Assembly (NCBI GenBank): GCA_963977445.1
Contig: CAXBPH010000103.1
Span: forward strand, 1-21,738
Origin: an uncultured bacterium
GTDB lineage: Bacteria; Hydrogenedentota; Hydrogenedentia; Hydrogenedentales; JAEUWI01
Length of the DNA: 21,738 nt
Direction of reading: 5' to 3'
Shown here: one piece after another, positions 16,874 to 21,738 of the stretch
Layout of the letters: each line of letters opens with the position of its first letter
How positions within the stretch are numbered: position 1 is the stretch's first letter
Translations under genes and position numbers: made by a program
Notes under the pieces: generated by a model
What the model was told of the DNA's origin: nothing
Databases searched by the model: none
What the model saw: only the letters and a program-made list of their open reading frames with translations

Positions 16874-18535
16874 ATGGCAGAAGAGATAGCGCGTTTTGAT
16901 ACCCATGAAGTCACCAACCAGCCCCCAATCCTGGAAGACTACAATGCCTTCGACGCTGACCCCAGTCTGGGCCTCGGGGTGCGGCGTGCCAAAGCAGACT
17001 GGGCCCTGGACGATCTTACCGCCATGGGGGAAAAGACCGGGGGACGGGCCCTCATCGAATTGGGATTCCTGGCCAACGAAAACCCACCCGTGCTCAAGAC
17101 CCACGATCGCTTCGGCAATCGCATTGACCAGGTGAAATACCACCCCGCCTGGCACCAGCTCATGGCCTTCGGCGTCCAGCAGCAAATCCATGCGCTGCCC
17201 TGGCGCAACAAGAACAAGGGCACCCATGCCGTACGGGCGGTGAAACACTACCTCCTCAGTCAGGTTGAAGCCGGTGTGGGTTGTCCCCTGACCATGACCT
17301 TCGCCGCCGTACCCACCTTGATGATGACGCCCCGCATCGCCAAAACGTGGATTTCCCGTATCACCAGTACCCACTACGATCCTTCCTTTGCTCCGCCCGA
17401 AGACAAGCAGGGCTGCACCATCGGTATGGCCATGACGGAGAAGCAGGGCGGCTCCGACGTGCGGGCCAACACCACCACCGCGGTAGCCCTCGACCAGCCC
17501 GGCCCGGGGGAGGCCTACCACCTGACGGGGCACAAGTGGTTTTGCTCCGCACCCATGTCCGACGCCTTTCTTACGCTGGCCCAGACCGAGGAGGGCCTGA
17601 GCTGCTTTTTGGTGCCCCGATGGTGTCCCGATGGCACAGTCAATCGTATCTTCATTCAACGACTCAAAGACAAGCTCGGCAATCGCTCGAATGCGTCCAG
17701 TGAAATCGAATATGACCGCACCTGGGCCTCCATGGTAGGGGAGCCCGGCCGGGGCGTATCCACCATCATCGAAATGGTGAATCACACCCGCCTGGATTGT
17801 GTTATCGGCTCCTCGGCCCTTATGCGCCAAGCCCTCGTGCAGGCCATTCACCATACCCGCCATCGCAGCGCCTTCGGCAAGAAACTCAACGACCAACCCC
17901 TCATGCAGAATGTGTTGGCCGACCTGGCGGTGGAAAGTGAAGCCGCCACGACCCTCATGTTGCACCTGGCAGACGCCTTCGACCAATCCGGCGAATCCCC
18001 CGAACACAAGGCCTACGCACGCCTGGTCTCCGCCATCGGAAAATACTGGGTCTGCAAACGATGCCCGGCGATGATCGCGGAAGCCCTGGAGTGCCTGGGG
18101 GGTGGGGGCTATGTGGAAGAATCCATCATGCCCCGACTCTATCGCGAAGCGCCCCTCTCTTCCATCTGGGAGGGCTCGGGCAATGTGATGTGCCTCGACG
18201 TTCTCCGCGCCATAAATACCACGCCCGCCGCCGTCGAACTCCTGCAAGAGCAACTGAAATCCGCCAAAGGCCGCTACGACGCTTACGACAAACACCTCAA
18301 AGGCCTGGAGCACCTCCTGGCCGACCCCGAAGAGCACGCCGGACGTGCCCGCCAGTTGGTGGGCTACCTGGCCCTCGCCCTGCAGGGCAGTGTGGTCATT
18401 CGCCATGCCTCCGATCAGGTCGCCGAAGCCTTCTGCCGCGGACGGCTGGGAAAAAGCCGGGGATTGACCTTCGGGGCCCTCCCCAAGGGTACAGCGAACA
18501 AAACCATTGTAGAACGGGCTTTTTCGGTGGGGTAG
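16874..18535 (+). CDS. aidB: AidB-like acyl-CoA dehydrogenase family flavoprotein
   Basis: THEVTNQPP, GCPLTMTFA, MAMTEKQGGSDVRANTT, GHKWFCSAPMSD, RLKDKLGNRSNASSEIE, and REAPLSSIWEGSGNV. The AidB-type C-terminus is present (LALALQGS...AEAFC.GRL). Confidence 0.9.
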   Translation: MAEEIARFDTHEVTNQPPILEDYNAFDADPSLGLGVRRAKADWALDDLTAMGEKTGGRALIELGFLANENPPVLKTHDRFGNRIDQVKYHPAWHQLMAFGVQQQIHALPWRNKNKGTHAVRAVKHYLLSQVEAGVGCPLTMTFAAVPTLMMTPRIAKTWISRITSTHYDPSFAPPEDKQGCTIGMAMTEKQGGSDVRANTTTAVALDQPGPGEAYHLTGHKWFCSAPMSDAFLTLAQTEEGLSCFLVPRWCPDGTVNRIFIQRLKDKLGNRSNASSEIEYDRTWASMVGEPGRGVSTIIEMVNHTRLDCVIGSSALMRQALVQAIHHTRHRSAFGKKLNDQPLMQNVLADLAVESEAATTLMLHLADAFDQSGESPEHKAYARLVSAIGKYWVCKRCPAMIAEALECLGGGGYVEESIMPRLYREAPLSSIWEGSGNVMCLDVLRAINTTPAAVELLQEQLKSAKGRYDAYDKHLKGLEHLLADPEEHAGRARQLVGYLALALQGSVVIRHASDQVAEAFCRGRLGKSRGLTFGALPKGTANKTIVERAFSVG

Positions 18536-18570
18536 GGACAGCAACACTGGCTCCAACAAGGCAACCGATC

Positions 18571-18732
18571 GTAGGTTGGGCTTCCAGCCTGACCCGAGGC
18601 TATCGTAATTTCAAAACGCATTATTCGTGTCATGAAAACGGAGACTTCTACTCCACAGACGACACCCACGTCCCCCAAAGTCGATGCCAGGTCTCATCGT
18701 CCGCCTCGGGGCAGGCGGGACGCCTACCCTAC
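18571..18732. repeat. Inverted pair of GTAG-type REP-like palindromes (REP doublet/REPIN-like)
   Basis: 18571-18600 (GTAGGTTGGGCTTCCAGCCTGACCCGAGGC) and the reverse complement of 18703-18732 (GTAGGGTAGGCGTCCCGCCTGCCCCGAGGC) are 25/30 identical, with a 102-bp spacer. Each has a 5' GTAG and a short hairpin with a TCC loop. Confidence 0.75.
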
Positions 18733-18902
18733 GTTCGCCCGTCCCGCTGCCCCCAAAAGTATAAGCGAATCGCAAGCCAACTTCAGCCGCCTGCAGGCCA
18801 AATACGCGTCCAGCGTGAATAGGCACTACGGGTTGATGGTATTATGAGCACACAAGGCAGATTTCGCGCCAACCGGTGCCCGAAGCAACGAGAGGATTTT
18901 CC

Positions 18903-19577
18903 ATGTCTGAAGAAGCCCCAATTCCCGCGAAGAAGAAGAGCCTTTCCGGTTGTATGAAAGTACTTCTGGTGATGTTCGTCGCCGTGCTCATCGGTGTTGT
19001 AGCAACCGGGTGGTGGGTCAAGCGCAATGTCTATGCCTCGACCATGAAACCAACTGTCCTTTCTGAGTCGGAGGAGGCGGCCTTCTCCGAAAAAGTCGCG
19101 CGGTTGGAGGCGGCGGGGGGCTCGAGGGCGCCCGTGGTGAACGACGGCACGGCCCAGCCGGAAGCCTACAGCGAAGCCGGGGCGAATCGGGAAATCCGCA
19201 TCACCGAAAAAGAGCTCAATGCCGCCATCGACAAAAATCCCGAGTGGGCGGACAAGGTGGCCATCGATTTATCCGCAGACCTTTTGAGCATTACCCTGCT
19301 CCTGCCCATGGATGATGAATTCCCCCTCGTCGGCGGAACCACCGCCCGGATTACCGCCGGGGCCACCTTGCGCTTTGAGAATGACAAGCCCGTGGTTATC
19401 GTGCGGGGCATCAGCATCGGCGGCATTCCTCTGCCGTCCGCCTGGATGGGTGACCTGAAGAACAAAGACCTGGTCCAGGAATTCGGGGGTCAAGGCGGCT
19501 TCTGGGATGGACTCTCCAAGGGGGTGGAGGCCATCAAGGTGGAAGAGGGTAATCTGTACTTGAAGCTGCGGGAGTGA
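18903..19577 (+). CDS. Hypothetical protein with one N-terminal transmembrane anchor
   Basis: GAGGA RBS, then KKK followed by a hydrophobic helix (VLLVMFVAVLIGVVATGWWV) and a soluble domain (ITEKELNA...GISIGGIPLPSAW...IKVEEGNLYLKL). Its stop overlaps the next GTG (GTGA). Confidence 0.8.
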   Translation: MSEEAPIPAKKKSLSGCMKVLLVMFVAVLIGVVATGWWVKRNVYASTMKPTVLSESEEAAFSEKVARLEAAGGSRAPVVNDGTAQPEAYSEAGANREIRITEKELNAAIDKNPEWADKVAIDLSADLLSITLLLPMDDEFPLVGGTTARITAGATLRFENDKPVVIVRGISIGGIPLPSAWMGDLKNKDLVQEFGGQGGFWDGLSKGVEAIKVEEGNLYLKLRE

Positions 19578-21283
19578 GCGAATTCATGCACCAATACAAC
19601 CTGAACACATTTTCCATCACCCGACTCCGCGTACAAGCCACGCTCCTGAGCGTTGTGCTTTTCTTTTCGGGCCTTGCGACCGCGCAGGACAGTGGAAAAA
19701 GGGGTATTGTCCTGTACCCAAGTGACATCATCTCCGTTGGGGTACCCCAATGGATGGAATGGCTCGAGGACAGCCGTATAAATCTGTTGGGCATCCATAC
19801 CGATACGCACCATGAGCCCCTTCCAAACCTCAAGGCCTTTCTGGAAAGCACGGTCGGCCAGGACTTGCTCAGCTCATGCCAGGCGGCGGGCATCGACATT
19901 GAGTTCGAAGTACATGCCCTTCAAGACCTGTTGCCTCGCGCATTATTTGCGTCCAATCCAGAGTTTTTCCGCATGGATGCCAACGGCACGCGCCAGCAAA
20001 AATTCAATATGTGCTTCGCTTCCGAGGGTGCCTACGCCGCCATCGAGGCGGAAATCCGTGACATTACGCAATGGATGAAACCGACCACCCATCGGTATTT
20101 TTTCTGGACCGATGATGTGCCGGATGCCTCGTGCTTCTGCCCCGACTGCAAGGCATACGGACCCAGCGAACAAGCCTTGCTCTATGAAAATCGTTTGTTG
20201 AGTATCCTGAGGAGCATTGATCCCCAAGCCACCCTGGCCCACCTGGCCTACAACGAGACCCTGCCGGCACCCAACAAGGTAAAACCGGAACCGGGCATAT
20301 TTCTCGAATATGCGCCCATTAGCCGCGATTACGAAATGCCGTTGTCTGAAGAACACCTTGGGCACCTGAAGAAGAATCTGGCCGTGTTTCCCGCAGCGAC
20401 GGCACATGTGCTTGAGTACTGGGTGGATGTATCTATGTTTTCATCGTGGAAGCGGGATGCGCTCAAGAAAGCCCCTTGGGTCCAGGCACAGTGTGTGCGG
20501 GATGTCGAAGTCTACCAATCGCTGGGCATCAACTCGATTACGTCATTCGGGGCGTGGATCAACCAAAGTTATCTTACCCAGTATGGCCAGGATCACATCA
20601 CGCTCATGCTGAAGGAATACGGGGACGCCCTGCTCAACGAGCTACCGAAAAAGCTCGTGCTGCCACGGGTTGAGAACGGCGACATAGCGCTGGACGGAAA
20701 GCTCTCGGAGCCCCAGTGGCCCCAGTCCATTATTCGTTCAGACTTTGTCTACCCGTGGCGAAAGGAGACACCACCGCCAACAACCTTTCAGGCGTTCCGG
20801 GATGCAACCCATTTTTACTTTGCCTTCTCGGTCGCCGATGGGGATATCGTGACGGCCCGTGACCATACGGAGGAGCTTTCCGTCGCTGAAGGGGATCGGG
20901 TCGAGATTTTTCTCGCCGGAAAAGATCGCTTGGAAAATTATTACTGCATCGAAATGGGCCCCACGGGGCGGGTCTTGGACTATCAAGCCACCTATTATCG
21001 CCACTTTGACGAATCCTGGAACTGTCCCGGCCTGGAAGTGGGGACCCACCAATCCCCAGGGCATTACACCATCGAAGGAAGAATCCCCCTGAAAGCCCTG
21101 GAAGACATGGGCGTTGTCCATGACGGAGAGCTGGCCACCCTGTCGATTGGCCTCTTTCGCGCTGAATTCAGCAGGAACGACGCAGGGGATGGGACCGACG
21201 CCAGGTGGATTAGTTGGAAAACCCCCGCAAGCGAAGAACCGGACTTCCATATACCGTCTTCGTTCGGGCCGTTGCAGTTCTGA
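19574..21283 (+). CDS. Secreted DUF4838-like (putative glycoside hydrolase barrel) protein fused to a CBM9/DOMON-like sugar-binding domain
   Basis: Signal-like LLSVVLFFSGLATA-Q. N-terminal domain has PEFFRMD..G.R, WTDD...CFCPDC, AHLAY..T and LEYWVDVS. C-terminal domain has IALDGKLSE..W, FYFAFSVAD, GDRVEIF, YYCIEM, YTIEGRIP and PDFHIPSSFG. The start may be 19574 or a downstream ATG. Confidence 0.7.
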   Translation: MSEFMHQYNLNTFSITRLRVQATLLSVVLFFSGLATAQDSGKRGIVLYPSDIISVGVPQWMEWLEDSRINLLGIHTDTHHEPLPNLKAFLESTVGQDLLSSCQAAGIDIEFEVHALQDLLPRALFASNPEFFRMDANGTRQQKFNMCFASEGAYAAIEAEIRDITQWMKPTTHRYFFWTDDVPDASCFCPDCKAYGPSEQALLYENRLLSILRSIDPQATLAHLAYNETLPAPNKVKPEPGIFLEYAPISRDYEMPLSEEHLGHLKKNLAVFPAATAHVLEYWVDVSMFSSWKRDALKKAPWVQAQCVRDVEVYQSLGINSITSFGAWINQSYLTQYGQDHITLMLKEYGDALLNELPKKLVLPRVENGDIALDGKLSEPQWPQSIIRSDFVYPWRKETPPPTTFQAFRDATHFYFAFSVADGDIVTARDHTEELSVAEGDRVEIFLAGKDRLENYYCIEMGPTGRVLDYQATYYRHFDESWNCPGLEVGTHQSPGHYTIEGRIPLKALEDMGVVHDGELATLSIGLFRAEFSRNDAGDGTDARWISWKTPASEEPDFHIPSSFGPLQF

Positions 21284-21396
21284 ATGAAACGTAGAAATGC
21301 ACCTGCGCTGCCGTTTCCGCTTCGTATACGGTCGTCAGGTCTCCGATTGCGCGCGTAGTGGCGGCCTTAGAACACAACGTAGTCGCGCGTTGTTTA

Positions 21397-21494
21397 GCCA
21401 CGAAGTGGCGGCATATCGTAGCCCGGGGTGGAGCGAGGAACGAGCGGAACCCTGGGTTCGATAGGCGATAAAGGCAGGAAAACCCCGGAGGGGT
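21397..21494. repeat. Multi-hairpin palindromic intergenic element
   Basis: GCCAC-GAA-GTGGC (21397-21409); AGCCCGGGGT/ACCCTGGGTT stem (21420-21458) enclosing GAGCGAGGAACGAGCGG; ACCCC-GGA-GGGGT (21482-21494). Confidence 0.5.
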
Positions 21495-21738
21495 GGCACA
21501 GAAAAAACGGTCACACGTGCTCATCCTTATGGTGCCCCACCCGAGGCTTCGGCCACCCCCAGCGATTTCAAGCAAGGGTCAGCGTGCCCATAGCGAGAGC
21601 AAGAATTCCCCACGCAACGATTTCTCGAAGCGGCGGGAGGGACGATCGAAATAGCTCGAATGGCACTTTTTGTTGGGCCGACAGTGGCCTGCCCCCTGTA
21701 AACTGATCCATGTATTATGAGAGTCTACCCGGTCCGGT

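Noticed and set aside
16811..18559. 582-aa antisense ORF opposite aidB
   Set aside because: Shadow ORF arising from GC-rich codon bias. It has no recognisable motifs, while the plus strand carries a full AidB motif set, RBS and promoter.
18611..18847. Small ORFs in the aidB downstream gap
   Set aside because: They run through the REP-like arm, are low-complexity and show no family motifs.
21421..21495. tRNA-like sequence (GGGGTGGAGC...GGTTCGA)
   Set aside because: No acceptor stem, anticodon arm or properly paired T-arm can be built.
1..21738. CRISPR array, rRNA, transposase, integrase or anti-phage defence genes
   Set aside because: No regularly spaced direct repeats, and no such protein or RNA motifs were recognised.

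Overview
A 21.7-kb bacterial window, moderately GC-rich. The gene repertoire suggests a PVC- or Hydrogenedentes-like environmental diderm, which is inference only. From left to right it contains: (1) the 3' part of an uncharacterised probable (alpha/alpha)-barrel carbohydrate enzyme with its terminator; (2) two tandem, diverged GH140/DUF4038 apiosidase-like paralogs, a small Cys-rich protein and a YjbR/MmcQ protein; (3) on the minus strand, a complete hydroxyectoine module. This runs MarR (EctR/CosR-like), a near-consensus sigma70 promoter overlapped by a 22-bp palindrome, ectABCD, ehuBCDA and a MarC-family gene. The MarC gene is broken by a 1-nt frameshift and an in-frame TAG, and is not visible as one ORF in the track. 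(4) A Tat-exported Gfo/Idh/MocA oxidoreductase coupled to a secreted HEAT-repeat/discoidin protein; (5) a divergent AidB-like acyl-CoA dehydrogenase, an inverted pair of GTAG-type REP-like palindromes, a membrane-anchored hypothetical protein coupled to a DUF4838-like/CBM9-like fusion, and a multi-hairpin element near the right end. No rRNA, tRNA, CRISPR array or transposase was seen. All family calls come from motif recognition by eye; no searches were run.
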